Under the pieces are notes generated by a model, which ran no database searches, had not been told where the DNA came from, and saw nothing but the letters and a program-made list of their open reading frames with translations. From Squalus acanthias (Eukaryota), in contig CM059427.1 of NCBI GenBank assembly GCA_030390025.1, forward strand, positions 65,968,001 to 66,032,000: a stretch of 64,000 bases of DNA. Direction: 5' to 3'. Position numbers and translations under genes: made by a program. This document shows positions 12,896-26,201 of this stretch, in pieces (position 1 is the first letter of the stretch; each line of letters begins with the position of its first letter).

Positions 12896-13860
12896 CTGAA
12901 AGCATCATGGTTAATAAATGTAATACTTATTTGAAAACTATGTATCTAGAGGGAAAAGTCTAACTGAGAAGTTTTAGCAGTGCTTATTTGGTAGGTAGTT
13001 GCATTGTGATATAATGCCTTATTGTATGATATCCAGTCAGCTATATTTTAAATTGCTGGCCCCAAAAATTTGCTGCACGAAAATAAACATTTTGTCCGAA
13101 TGGTATGATTGATTTTGTGCAATTATAATGTAGTGCAATGGTAAATGAACACAGGTAATACTGTAACAGGAAGCTGAAGAATTAATTTCATTTGTAAGAT
13201 TCCAGTATGATGAGATATCCTTTTAGGGAAGGTTCAGCTGTCTTGTTCTTGAGCTGCAACAAAGGTCACCAGAGCAATGTGTTCATCCAAAAGAAGTTAG
13301 AAATCATTGCATGACCTAGAGAGAAACCATCTAATGAGCTCCCTATCATCCGTAAGTTGGCCACGCCATAAAATCTGATATGCATATTGCACATATGTCT
13401 ATTTGTGATCTTGTCTGTAGTTCAACAATTCATGAAAACGCTTGAACGTTTGAGAAATGATTCCTTTTATGTAAACCACAGCTGAAGATTTCAGCTTGCT
13501 CCGCTTTGGTCAGCAGTTTACTTCAGTCTTCTGTAATGCATAGAAATACCCAATAGAAAGCTTTAGTAAAACAGCAATCATAAATCATACTGTTACAAAA
13601 CATGCCATTTAACCCATGGAATCTGCTGTTGTTTTCTACATGAGCCAACTGGCCTAATCCCACTTTCTGTTTGCTCCTCATTCTTTTAATATTTTTTAAT
13701 CAAATATCTATGAATTTAAAAGAATTCATAGACTATGTGACAACAATGGTTGTGGCACAGAATTTCAAACATCCTTTCCATAATGGTTTTTTCTAATTTC
13801 TCCATGTGGAGAAAGAAATTGATGCACAGAAATAACTCATACACAGTATTTTGCAGCATT

Positions 13861-14621
13861 GGGCCAGAAATTCAGCTTTCCGGCTTCCTGCGGGTGCAAG
13901 CATCGCGCGCGTACTTGCGTACCGCGCCTGCTATTGTGCTTTGGGCCCACGAGGACTTCGGCTCCTGGGCCTCCTGCAGCTGCCGGTGTGCAGTGCTTGC
14001 GCATCCCAGGGGCGCAGTTAGTTCGAAGCGTCCCCATGGATCACGTGGGCCATGGAGAGCCAATCCTAACAGCATTTTCATTCATAGATTTGACAGGAAG
14101 ACCTGTCAAATCTATGAATAGAGATCGGCCCCAAAACCACACTTAAACTTCAAAAAAAAATTTTTTAATCACATTTTTAAAATAACTAAGTTACATAAAT
14201 TAACTACTTTAAACAAAAATTAAAATTTTTGAAAAAATTAATTATACTTTTTAACGGTGCTAAAAATAAACTTACCTTTCTTCAAAGTATGTAGAAAAGA
14301 TAAACCTGTTGAAAAAATGTTTAAATTGTAATTAATTAACTAACCACTTACCTTGTTAAAAACAAGCCTTGCGCCGCCTCTTTAAAAGTGCAGCTTTTCC
14401 ATACTTACCCTCACGGAGAAACCTGAAAAAAAACCTGAAGTTCGCTGCGTGCGCGCAGCCTCTCCCGCGCACGCGTTCGACTTCTGAACCCCTCCCTTCA
14501 GGGGAACGGAAGTTCCGGTTTCCTGCGCATGCGCAGTGCATGCAGGAAACCGGCACTTCAGGTGGCCTTACGGGTGAGTACACAGCGCGTACTCACCCGA
14601 CAAGAGCCGAATTTCTGGCCC
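13861..14621. mobile_element. Non-autonomous Harbinger-type MITE (761 bp)
   Basis: Perfect 13-bp TIR GGGCCAGAAATTC / GAATTTCTGGCCC resembling the Harbinger termini. CpG-rich arms and AT-rich core. TSD is not clean (ATT/TTA). Confidence 0.75.
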
Positions 14622-16689
14622 TTATGTTTAATTTCTTAACTTGGAGACAGATTCTGTGAAGGCATGTTCAAAGATTATTTTGCAAATGTTCTTGTTCATG
14701 TGTATGTGCACCGAGTCTCTTGTATGAAGTACTGGTGACTCAGGAATGTGTACCGTAGTACTTCAAGATGTTGCAGAGGTACACTTCTCCATCACTCAAA
14801 AATACATACTGTAATTAAAAGCCTGTGAAGATGTTTGGCTTTTGAAAAATAAATGTGTAATTAAAACATGGTGCAGTTTGGGGTAGCTGTACAAGGAGAG
14901 ATGATGGAATTGACCTTGATTATTGCTAAGAACACAAAGACTTTAGTGTGTGACCCAACAACCCTGTCAGGAGGTGATGTGACGCTTCATTTGAACTTTT
15001 GTATACAAGGAACAGAGTTCCAGGGAATGACACTGGCCAGTACACAGTATCTGCGAGACAGTATCACAGGCAGGAAGAGTGTGTCTAAAATCTGGACTGA
15101 TACTAAATGTTTTGGTTTGATACGAAATGCGGAGATGCAGCTCCAGTACCTGGCTCATCCTTCAAACTTTTTTTTGCCAGCCGGGGGCTGCTTTATTTTC
15201 TACGTCTTTGTGAAAAATGCACATAACAGCTTTAAATATTTAATCTGGATATCTTCATAAATGTTAATTACACATTTGTCCAATTTAAACACACAGCACC
15301 CAATCCTATTATTTGCATAAAATGTTTTCTGGTTATTGTTCACTAATTATAGATGAGGAAGGCCAATTTGCCCCATCTTAAACCATTCACCCAGAAAGAT
15401 CCTGCAGTTTCTCCCTCCCCCATCCTTCAGGATCTTAAATGATGGCAAGGTTTTTGGCTCCACCACACAATTTCGAAATTTGTTCCATGTATTGATCACT
15501 TTGAAGGGCGAACGTTTTGATACCGGTCTTAATTTATCTTTTACTAGCTCGAACCTGTATCCCCTTCTTCCTAACAAATACATTTTCTTTCAGGTGAGCG
15601 GACTCGAGAGTTTCGGTTTGTTTTCCATGTGGATTCTTCACCATATCACCATTCTGTTTTCTTTCATTCAAATGAACACTTTCACAGCTCATTCTTTAAA
15701 TTCTCCTAAGGCATCTGATCAACCCAAAGCCAAACGAGTGTGTGCCTAATATTATAGGGTCGAACTACATTAAAGCCTCATTGTACTTGATTGACTGTCA
15801 GTGTTCTGATAAGAATTTATATTGTCTTATTAGTGATGATAATGTTAAGTAGTGGCAATTTACTTTGGCGTCCCTATTCATTACAATTGAGGTTCCCAGG
15901 TGCCATGGCACACTTGTGTGTACCTGGCTTCTTTGAGAAGGAAGTAAGGATTATTTGCAACGTGATCATAACACAACTTCAGGATTTCAATCATCTGTCC
16001 TGACTACATATAAATAAATTTTATCTATATCAGGCAGTGTGATCCTTGAGTGTAAGTTGCAGTATCCAATATAACAGTTTCAATTGTGCATTCTTTACCT
16101 CCATGAATTAAACATGAATGCTTAAAAAATGTGTTTTTAAAGAACTGTACAGCGTTTAAATATTTATAATTTAAGATTCAAAGCAAAGTTTGAATCCATA
16201 GTGTAATGTGCAAAATTATATGGATTATCCAGATATACTGTACTTGTGGCGGCAGTGTGCTGATGAGGTTTATTCTTCAGGGCACATTAAGAATGAATTG
16301 AGCAAGTCCATCACAGTTGGCAGTACTGTGAAATCCTTCTGCATGCAGTGTATAGAAAGTGATAATGACTTTTGAGCATGAAATGTAATGTACAGCTTCA
16401 AAGATTGATTTGAATATGCTGTAGGTATAGTGCACTAGAATTATAAAATAGCTATTACTGCTAGCTTTATGGCTGGTAAGTGAACAGGTGTAATCAGTTT
16501 CCTTCAACTGTACCATGAAATTTTCATAACATTTGTCAAGAGTCTGCTTTATAGTAGCAGAACAAGGTTGCATTTTCCACTTTTTCATAATATTAAAAAG
16601 ACTCGGTACTAACATTATATAGTGCCAAGGAGATCCAACCAACTGCCTGAAACCTTTTTTTTAAACTGAGCTTTAGATCAGTTAGTGCA

Positions 16690-17330
16690 GGGATATGGGT
16701 CAAGCAAACTGCTCTGTCCTGATGGAATTGAGATTCTGGAGTGTTGTGGCTGTATCCATCCAGGTAAGTAGTGAGAGTTCCATCACACTCCTGATGAGAC
16801 TTGTAGATGGGGGTGAGGCTTTAAGGGGTCAGGAGGTGAGCCCCCCATCGCAGATTACTCCGCATCTGCCCTGCTGTTGCAGCCACATTGTTGATGTAGC
16901 TGATCCAGTTAAAGCTCTGGACAGTGGTAACACCAAGATGTTAATTTGGTGGGGGGGGGGAGGAATCGATTAATGGTGGTGCTGTTGATGGTCATGGGGA
17001 AATGGTTGGGCTTTCTCTTTGGAGATAGCCATTACCCAGCGCTGAAGTGGTACAAATTACGTGCGACTTATCCCAAGCCTGGACGTTATCCAGGTCCTCC
17101 TGTAGTCTGTAGATGATGTGAATGTAGTTGGACATGGTGTAATTGTCAGTTGACCGCCATCTTTCTGACTTTATGATGGCGGGCGGTCGTTGATAAAGCA
17201 GCTGAAGATGGTTGGGCTGAGAACCTTTCCCTGAACTCCTGCAGTGATACCCTGGGGTTACGATGACTAGCCTCCAACAAACATAGCCATCTTCCTTTTT
17301 GTTGGGTATAACTCCAGGCACAGAGAGGAA
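16690..17330 (-). mobile_element. Decayed RT fragment of the 39156-42367 LINE family
   Basis: Similar to 5280-5900 (CCAACCATCTTCAGCTGC, GGAAGATGG). Confidence 0.65.
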
Positions 17331-17567
17331 TCAACCCAAATAGACAGACTGGACCTTGGTTTAACGTCTTTAATTGGACTTGAACGTACTATCGTCTAAC
17401 TTGGAGGTGAGAGTGCTGCCACTGAGCCAAACTTACTAATTTTATTTGGGATGAAACAGTCACTCAATTCAGCAATCTGCTTGAGAATCAAATACATCAT
17501 ACATGTAAAGTGATGCTTTATAAATGTATTTCTGTAAGCTCATTGCAGGTCTATGTTACCCTCTTAA

Positions 17568-18012
17568 GAACATAAGAAATAAGAGCAGAAGTAGGCCATA
17601 CGGCCCCTCGAGCCTGCTCCGCCATTCAATAAGATCATGGCTGATCATCGACCTCAACTCCACTTTCCCGCCCGATCTCCATAGCCCTTGATTCCCCTCG
17701 AGTCCAAAAATCTATCTATCTCAGCCTTGAATATACTCTCGGACTCAGCATTCACAGCCCTCTGGGGCAGAGAATTCCAAAGATTCACAACCCTCTGAGT
17801 GACGAAATTCCTCCTCATCTTAAATGGCCTACCCCTTATCCTGAGACTATGCCCCCTAGTTCTAGACACTCCAGCCAGGGGAAACAACCTCTCAGCATCT
17901 ACCCTGTCAATCCCCCTCAGAATCGTGTATGTTTCAATGAGATCACCTCTCATTCTTCTAAACTCCAGAGAGTATAGGCCCATTCTACACAATCTCTCAT
18001 CATAGGACAGCT
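17568..18012 (-). mobile_element. CR1 LINE 3' end
   Basis: ORF 17654-17992 GLYSLEFRRMRGDLIETY...WNSLP...GIKGYG plus CR1 3' UTR. Confidence 0.85.
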
Positions 18013-19536
18013 CATAGTCATAGAGTTATACAGCACAGAAAGAGGCCCATCGTGTCCGCGCCGGCCATCAAACCCTATCTATTCTAATCCCATTTTCCAG
18101 CACTTGGTCCGTAGCCTTGTATGCTATGGCGTTTCAAGTGCTCATATAAATGCTTCTTGAATGTTGTGAGGGTTCCTGCCTCTACTACCCTTTCAGGCAG
18201 AGTTACAGATTTCAACCACCCTCTGGGTGAAAAAGTTTTTCCTCAAATCCCCTCTAAACCTCCTGCCCCTTACCTTGAAACTATGCCCCCTGGTTATTGA
18301 CCCCTCTACTAAGGGGAAAAGTTCCTTTCTATCTGCCCTATCTATGCCCCTCATAATTTTGTACACCTCAATCAGGTCCCCCCTCAGCCTTCTCTGCTCG
18401 AAGGAAAAGAACCCCAGCCTGTCCAGTCTCTCTTCATAGCTGAAGCGCTCCAGCCCAGGTAACATCCTGGTGAATCTCCTCTGCACCCTCTCCAATGCAA
18501 TCACATTCTTCCTATAGTGTGGCGACCAGAACTGCACACAGTATTCCAGCTGTGGCCTAACTAGCGTTTTGTACAGCTCCATCATAACCTCCCTGCTCTT
18601 GCCTTCATTAGCCGAGGCATAGAATATAAGTCTCCCATATGCCTTTTTAACCACCTTCTCTACCTGTCCTGCTGCCTTCAGGGATCTATGTACATGCACA
18701 CCAAGGTCCCTCTGATCCTCTGTCCTTCCGAGGGTCCTACCATTTATTGTGTATTCCCTTGCCTTGTTAGTCCTCCTAAAATGCATCACCTCACACTTTT
18801 TAGGGTTAAATTCCATTTGCCACTGTTCTGCCCATCTGACCAATCCGTCTATCGTCCTGTAGCCTGAGGCTTCCCTCCTCGCTATTTACCATTCCACCAA
18901 TTTTCGTGTCATCTGCGAACTTACTGATCATGCCTCCTACATTCATATCGAAATCATTAATGTACACTACAAACAGCAAAGGACCCAGCACCGATCCCTG
19001 CGGTACACCACTGGACACAGGCTTCCAGTCACAAAAACAACCTTTGATCATCACCCTCTGCCTCCTCTCACTAAGCCAATTTTGGATCCAATGTGCCAAA
19101 TTGCCCTGGATCCCATGGGCTTTTACCTTCTTGACCAGTCTCCCATGCAGGACTTTGTCAAAAGCCTTACTGAAGTCCATGTAGACTATATCAACTGCAC
19201 TACCCTCATACACCAAGTCACCCCCTCTCAAAATTCAATCAGATTGGTTAGACATGATCTCCCCCTGACAAAGCCATGCTGACTATCCTTGATTAATCCT
19301 TGCCTCTCCAAGTGGAGACTAATTCTGTCCCTCAGAATTTTTTCCAATAATTTCCCTCCCACTGATGTTCGGCTCACTGGCCTGTAATTCCCTGGTTTAT
19401 CCCTACTACCCTTCTTGAATAATGGTACTACATTAGCTGTCCTCTGGTACCTTCCCTGTGGCCAGAGAGGTTCTGAAAATTTGTGTCGGAGCCCCTGCAA
19501 TCTCCTCCCTTGCCTCACACAGCAGCCTGGGATACA

Positions 19537-22500
19537 ATAAGGATAAAAGCTAAAGACAGGAAGGAGAAAAACAAAAGTAGAAGGCAAAGAACTCAACGGT
19601 TTAAATCAAACATGGTCACAGTAAATAATAATTCATATAGGTCTGAGAGCGTTAAAAAAACAAGCCTGAAGGCTTTGTGTCTTAATGCAAGGAGCATTCG
19701 GAACAAGGTGGATGAATTAGCTGCGCAAATAGAGGTAAATGAATACGATTTGAATGGGATTACAGAAACATGGCTCCAGGGTGGCCAAGGCTGGGAACTC
19801 AACATCCAGGGTTATTCAATATTTAGGAAAGATAGGCAAAAAAGAAAGGGAGGTCGGGTAGCATTGCTGGTTAAAGAGGGGATTAACACAATTGAAAGGA
19901 AGGATATTAGCTCTGATGATGCGGAATCTGTATGGGTAGAACTGAAAAATAACAAGGGGCAGAAAACGTTAGTGGGAGTGGTATATAGACCTCCAAACAG
20001 TAATACGGAGGTTGGGGACGGCATTAAAAGGGAAATTAGAGAAGCATGCAGTAAGGGCACAGCAGTCATCATGGGTGACTTTAATTTACATATAGATTGG
20101 GCTAACCAAATTAGTAAAAATACTGTGAAGGAGGAATTCCTAGAATGTTTACGAGATGGTTTTCTGGAACAATATGTCGAGGAACCAACCAGAGATCAGG
20201 CCATCTTAGACTGGGTATTAGGCAACGAGAAAGGATTAATTAGCAATCTTGTTGTACGAGGCCCCTTGGGTCAGAGTGATCATAATATGATAGAATTCTT
20301 CATTAGGATGGAGAGTGAAGTAGTTGAATCAGAGACTAGGGTCCTGAATTTAAATAAAGGAAACTACTATGGTATGAGGCGCGAATTGGGTAGGATTGAT
20401 TGGGGAATGTCACTCAAGGGGTTGACGGTGGATAGGCAATGGCAAACATTCAAAGACTGCATGGATGAACTACAGAATTTGTACATCCCAGTGTGGCATA
20501 AGAATAAAACAAAAAGGGTGACTCAACCGTGGCTAACAAGGGAAATTAGGGATAGCATAAGATCCAAGGAGAGGGCATATAAATTGGCCAGAAAAAGCAG
20601 TAGCCCTGAGGATTGGGAGCAGTTTAGGATTCAACAAAGGAGGACAAAGGGATTAATTAAGAAGGGGGAAAATAGAATATGAAAGTAAGCTTGCTGGGAA
20701 CATAAAAACTGACTGCAAGAGCTTTTATAGATATGTGAAGAGAAAAAGATTAGTGAAATCAAGTGTAGGTCCCTTGCAGTCAGAAGCGGGGGAAGTTATA
20801 ATGGGGAACAAAGAAATGGCAGCCCAATTAAATGCATATTTTGGTTCTGTCTTCACAAAGGAGGACACAAATAACCTCCCAGAGATGTTGGAGAACATAG
20901 GGTCTGATGAAAGGGAGGAACTGAAAGAAATCAGTATTTGCAGGGAAATGGTGTTAGGGAAATTGACGGTATTGAAGGCCGATAAATCCCCAGGGCCTGA
21001 TAATCTACATCCTAGGGAAGTGGCCCTAGAAATAGTAGATGCATTGCTGATCATCATCCAACATTCGATGGAATCTGGAACTGTACCCATGGATTGGAGG
21101 GTAGCTAATGTTACCCCACTATTCAAAAAGGGTGGTAGAGAGAAAGCGGGGAATTACAGACCGGTAAGCCTGACATCGGTAGTGGGGAAAATGCTAGAGT
21201 CCATTATAAAGGATGTAATAGCTGAGCATTTGAAAAACAGTGACCGGATCGGACAAAGTCAACATGGATTTACAAAAGGTAAATCGTGCTTGACTAATCT
21301 ACTGGAATTTTTTGAGGATGTAACTGGGAAAATAGATAAGGGAGAACCAGTAGATGTGGTGTATTTGGACTTTCAAAAGGCTTTCGATAAGGTCCCGCAT
21401 AAGAGATTAGCGGGTAAAGTTAAGGCACATGGGATTGGGGGCAAGGTATTGACTTGGATAGAGAACTGGTTGGCGGACAGAAAGCAGAGAGTAGGAATTA
21501 ATGGGTCTTTTTCCGAGTGGCAAGTAGTGACTAGTGGGGTACCGCAGGGATCGGTCCTTGGACCCCAGCTATTCACAATATACATTAATGATCTAGATAA
21601 GGGAATTAAATGTAATATCTCCAAGTTTGCAGATGAGACAAAGCTGGGTGGGAGTGTGTGCAGCGAGGAGGATAGCGAGAAACTCCAGGATGATCTGGAC
21701 AGGTTGGGTGAGTGGGTAGAAGCGTGGCAGATGCAATATAATGTGGATAAGTGCGAGGTTATCCACTTTGGTGTCAAAAACAGAAAGGCAGACTATTCTC
21801 TGAATGGCAATAGATTGGGAGAAGGGGAAGTGCAACGAGACCTGGGTGTCCTTGTGCACCAGTCGCTGAAAGTAAGCATGCAGGTGCAGCAGGCGGTGAA
21901 GAAGGCAAATGGTATGTTGGCCTTCATAGCGAAAGGGTTTGAGTATAGGAACAGGGATGTCCTGCTGCAGTTGTACAGGGCCTTGGTGAGACCACACCTT
22001 GAGTACTGTGTGCAGTTTTGGTCGCCTTATCTGAGGAAGGATGTTCTTGCCATGGAAGGAGTTCAGCGAAGATTCACAAGGCTGATACCTGGGATGGCAG
22101 GAATGACATATGAGGAGAGATTGGGTCGATTGGGCTTATACTCGCTGGAGTATAGAAGAATGAGAGGGGATCTCATCGAAACATATAAAATTCTGACCGG
22201 TCTGGACAAACTAGATGCAGGAAGAATGTTCCCGATGGTCGGAGGGTCCAGAACCAGGGGTCATAATCTACGGATAACGGGTAAACCATTTAGGACAGAA
22301 ATGAGGAAGAATTTCTTCACCCAGAGAGTGGTGAACCTGTGGAATTCTCTACCACAGAAGGTAGTTGAGGCGAAGTCATTAAATATATTCAAGGATGAGT
22401 TAGATATATTTCTTAAAGCTAAAGGTATCAAGGGATATGGGGAGAAGGCAGGTACAGGGTACTGAGTTTAGATGATCAGCCATGATCTCATCGAATGGCG

Positions 22501-22555
22501 GAGCAGGCTCGAGGGACCGAATGGCCTACTCCTGCTCCTATCTTCTATGTTTCTA
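19537..22555 (+). mobile_element. Young 5'-truncated CR1 LINE nested in an opposite-strand CR1
   Basis: Contains a near-complete ORF2 and 3' UTR ending in TTCTATGTTTCTA. The flanks join into continuous host CR1 sequence. Confidence 0.9.
19612..22465 (+). pseudogene. CR1 ORF2 (APE endonuclease + reverse transcriptase) with one frameshift
   Basis: LNARSIRNK, ITETW, YRPP, GDFN, SDHN; then SPGPD, QHGF, DFQKAFDKV, GVPQGSVLGP, FADE. ORFs 19483-20682 and 20735-22465 are offset at a G5 run (20664-20668). Confidence 0.9.
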
Positions 22556-25238
22556 TCTCGTCTGGGCCTGGGGGTTTATCCACTTTTAAGCCCGCTAAAA
22601 CCGCTAGTACCTCCTCCCTCAATGGTAATTTGTTCAAGTATATCGCAATCCCCCTGTCTGATTTCTATGCCTACATCATCCTTCTCCATAGTGAACACAG
22701 ATGCAAAATATTCATTTAAAACCTCACCTACGTCTTCCGGCTCTACACCCAGATTGCCACGTTGGTCCCTAATGGGCCCTACTCTTTCCCTGGTTATCCT
22801 CTTGCCCTTAATATATTTATAAAACACCTTGGGATTTTCCTTTATTTTGCCCGCCAGTGCCCTCTTCGCTCTCCTAATTTCTTTAAGTACCCCCCCTGCA
22901 CTTTCTATACTCCTCCTAGGGCTTCCACTGTTTTTAGTCATTTGTATCTGCCAAAAGCCTCCCTTTTTTTCCTAATCCATTCTTGTATATCCCTTGACAT
23001 CCAGGGTTCCCTGGACTTGTTGGTCCCACCCTTGACTTTTACGGGATCATGTTGGCGCTGTACTCTCCCTATTTCCTTTCTGAATGACTCCCACTGTTTT
23101 GATGTGGATTTTCCTACAAGTAGCTGATCCCAGTCCACTTTGGCCAGATCCTGCCTTATCATATTAAAATTGGCCTTCCCCCAATTTAGAACCTTTATTT
23201 CCAGTCCATCTTTGTCCCTTTCCATGACTACCTTAAATCTCACTGAATTATGGTCACTGTCACCAAAATGCTCTCCTACTGACACTTCTACCACTTGCCC
23301 GGCTACATTCCCTAGAATTAGGTCCAGTACCGCCCCCTCTCTTGTAGGACTTTCTACATGCTGGCTCAAAAAGCTCTCCTGGATGCACTTTAAGAATTCT
23401 GCACCCTCTAAGCCTTTCACACTCTGACTATCCCAGTTAATATTGGGGAAGTTGAAATCCCCTACTATTATTTCTACACTTCTGAGATTTGCCTACATAT
23501 CTGTTCCTCTATCTCCCCCTGACTGTTTGGGGGCCTATAGTACACTCCCAGCAAAGTGCTTGCCCCCTTTTTGTTTTTAAGTTCTACCCATATGGCCTCA
23601 TTAGAGGAACCTGCTAAGATATCATCCCTCCTTACAGCAGTAATTGACTCCTTGATTAATATTGCAACACCCCCTCCTCTTTTACACCCGCCTCTGTCTC
23701 GCCTGAAGATTCTATACCCCGGAATATTGAGCCGCCAGTCCTGTCCCTCCCTCAACCATGTCCCTGTGATAGCAATAATATCATACTCCCATGTGTTCAT
23801 CAACACCTTCAATTCATCTGCCTTACTCGCAAGACTCCTTGCATTAAAATAAATGCCATTCAGCCTTGCCATACTCCTTGTGCCGTTACATATTTGCTCT
23901 GCCTTCCAGACTGACTTGTTTTTTCCTCTATATTTGGCGGTGCATCACCCCCTACTATAGCTCCACTCCGTATCCCATCCCCCTGCCAAGTTAGTTTAAC
24001 CCCCCCCCCCCCAACAGCACTAGCAAACCTCCCCGCAAGGATGTTGGTCCCGTTCCAGTTCAGGCGCAACCCGTCCAACTTGTACAGGGTTCCACCTTCC
24101 CCAGGAACAGACCCAGTCATGCAGGAAACTAAAGCCCTCCCTGCTTTTTAATCTGCTACCTAGCTCCCTAAATTCTTGTTGCAGGAGCTCATCCCTCTTT
24201 CTACCTATGTTGTTGGTACCAATGTGAACCACAACCTCTGACTGTTCGCCCTCCCCCTTCAGAATGCCCTGCAGCCGTTCAGTGACATCCTTGACCCTGG
24301 CACCAGGGAGGCAACATACCATCCTGGAGTCACGTCTGTGGCTGCAGAAACTCCTGTCTGCACCCCTCACTATTGAGTCTCCGACCACTATTGCCCTTCC
24401 ATTCTTACTCCTCCCCCCCTTGTGCAGCTGAGCCACCCACAGTGCTGTGAACTTGGCTCTGGCTGCATTCCCCAGAGGAACAGTCACTTTCACCGTTTTC
24501 CAACACAGAAAAACGGTTGTTGAGTGAGATGCACTCTGGGGCTTACCGGAATGTGAAATTCTATCATATTATGATCACTCTGCCCCAGAGGATCCTTTAC
24601 TATGCTATTGCTAATTAACCCTGTCTCATTACACAATACAAGATCTAAAATAGCCTGTTCCCTGGTTGGTTCCATGACATATTGTTCAAGGAAACTGTCC
24701 CGAATGTTCTGTCACTGATGCATTTCACAGATATTTGCAAAAATAAGAATCATAATCTGCAATAGACATGAAATGTTGTCCTTTTCAACTTAAGGTGCCT
24801 GAAACTGTTGTAAATCCCATGAGACAGCTGGATCTAATTAACAACATAATATGTGTAATTTACGGTCAAATCACGGGAATTTTCATTTTAGATCTCAGTT
24901 GATTTTCCAGTTATGTGCAGTAGAAAGGATCCAAGCTGTTGAAAAATTGCAGCCTATTAAACAAAGGTAAAAGTTGTTGCAGTATTGATGACGCCACTTG
25001 ATCACTTGCACATTTAGTGCATAGTGTCTTGTATCCTATATACAATGTGCCATAGATATCCAGAGGCAGGGACATAATTACTGTCAACTATTTTGCTCTT
25101 TCACCTCTTGAATGTAAAATGAACTCCAGAAAATTAAATCTAGACTGAACAGTGCTAATTGATAATTTGGAAGTATTTAGCAAGAAATATGCATTTGATT
25201 AGTTTGCAACGTACATTTTTTCATAAAGTTTATTGTAC

Positions 25239-26182
25239 TGTAGGTAGGTGAACCCGCATCTTCCTCTTATATGCTAATTCCAGAATCCAACCTGAACCCG
25301 TCCGGGTGGGGTAAAATGGTCAAGGTTCACAACTCAGTACAACTCAGTATTCTTTTAACTGTTTATTGTATTATGGATAACATACAGACGTCAATGCACT
25401 GTTCGCTTTAACTTCAAAGAGCACTCACATACACTGTTCCCTTTAACTCTCTTTAATTTCAAACACCACTCACCCAGACGATCACTCGGAGGAGTACGTT
25501 TCCATCTGTACGGGTGATCAAATCTGTCTGCAGCTCCCTTGCAAGTTGCTGAAGTTTGTCCCTAAACGCACCCTTTTTATAATACCAAGATCATACCCGT
25601 GATAATTGATTGACTCAACCCCCACTTTGATTGTACAGTCTTAATCTTGTCTGTTTCTGCAAATCTATAGAGTACTTGATTTGATCACTTCTCCATCCTG
25701 GGTCAGTGAATAGTCCATTATCACACAGAGGTGTTTTGATGGGGAAAAGTTCCGGGCTTATCAGCATTCTGAAAGGTTGGCGAATGGGTTTTATTCCAGC
25801 ATCAATTTGATATTAACATCTCCAAAGGATGAGGGAACCGATCCAGACTCTGGAACTGTGGTCGTTACCTATCGTGTTGATTTGTAAGTCTTGTTAACAG
25901 TCTGACCACAGGAGTTCAATGGACAGGACAGTCAGTTAAATTTAAACAAACACTTACCATTGTGTGGTCTGATTACTCCAGCTACTTCCTTGGTTCGCAT
26001 ATTCATAAAGCCAATCAATTTTGTCTGTGTCTCTGTATGAATAATTTCCTCCTGCATTCCATTGAGCTCACAGCTTGTTTTAAAAAGTTCATTTAAAAGT
26101 CCCGTTGATTCCTCGAGGCATGCTGGGATATGAAGCTTGGTCAATTTCTTATGTTTAGTCAATTTACAAAACTGCCTGTACA
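25239..26182 (-). mobile_element. Probable solo LTR (944 bp)
   Basis: TGTA...TACA termini with 4-bp TSD GTAC (25235-25238, 26183-26186). Minus-strand TATAAAAA at 25574-25581 followed by AATAAA at 25362-25367. Confidence 0.6.
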
Positions 26183-26201
26183 GTACAGCTGCTTAAACCA
26201 C

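Larger units (their letters stand above)
18013..24545 (-). mobile_element. Near full-length CR1 LINE with SGNH-esterase ORF1, interrupted at 19537-22555
   Basis: ORF1 esterase motifs IVVGDSIVR, CLPGARV, HIGTN, DGLRLN (23860-24493). APE motifs NARSL, YYRPPNS, SDHN (22938-23872). RT motifs DFSKAFDKV, GVPQGSVLGP, FADD (18193-19500). Host sequence GGGATACA|TCTC is split by the insert. Confidence 0.88.

Noticed and set aside
20664-20668. Programmed frameshift between APE and RT
   Set aside because: CR1 ORF2 is normally continuous here (KKGKIEYE). A single homopolymer insertion or sequencing error explains it.
21373-21997. Long antisense ORFs over LINE RT regions (also 5531-5890, 39568-39996)
   Set aside because: Shadow ORFs produced by codon bias of the LINE coding strand.
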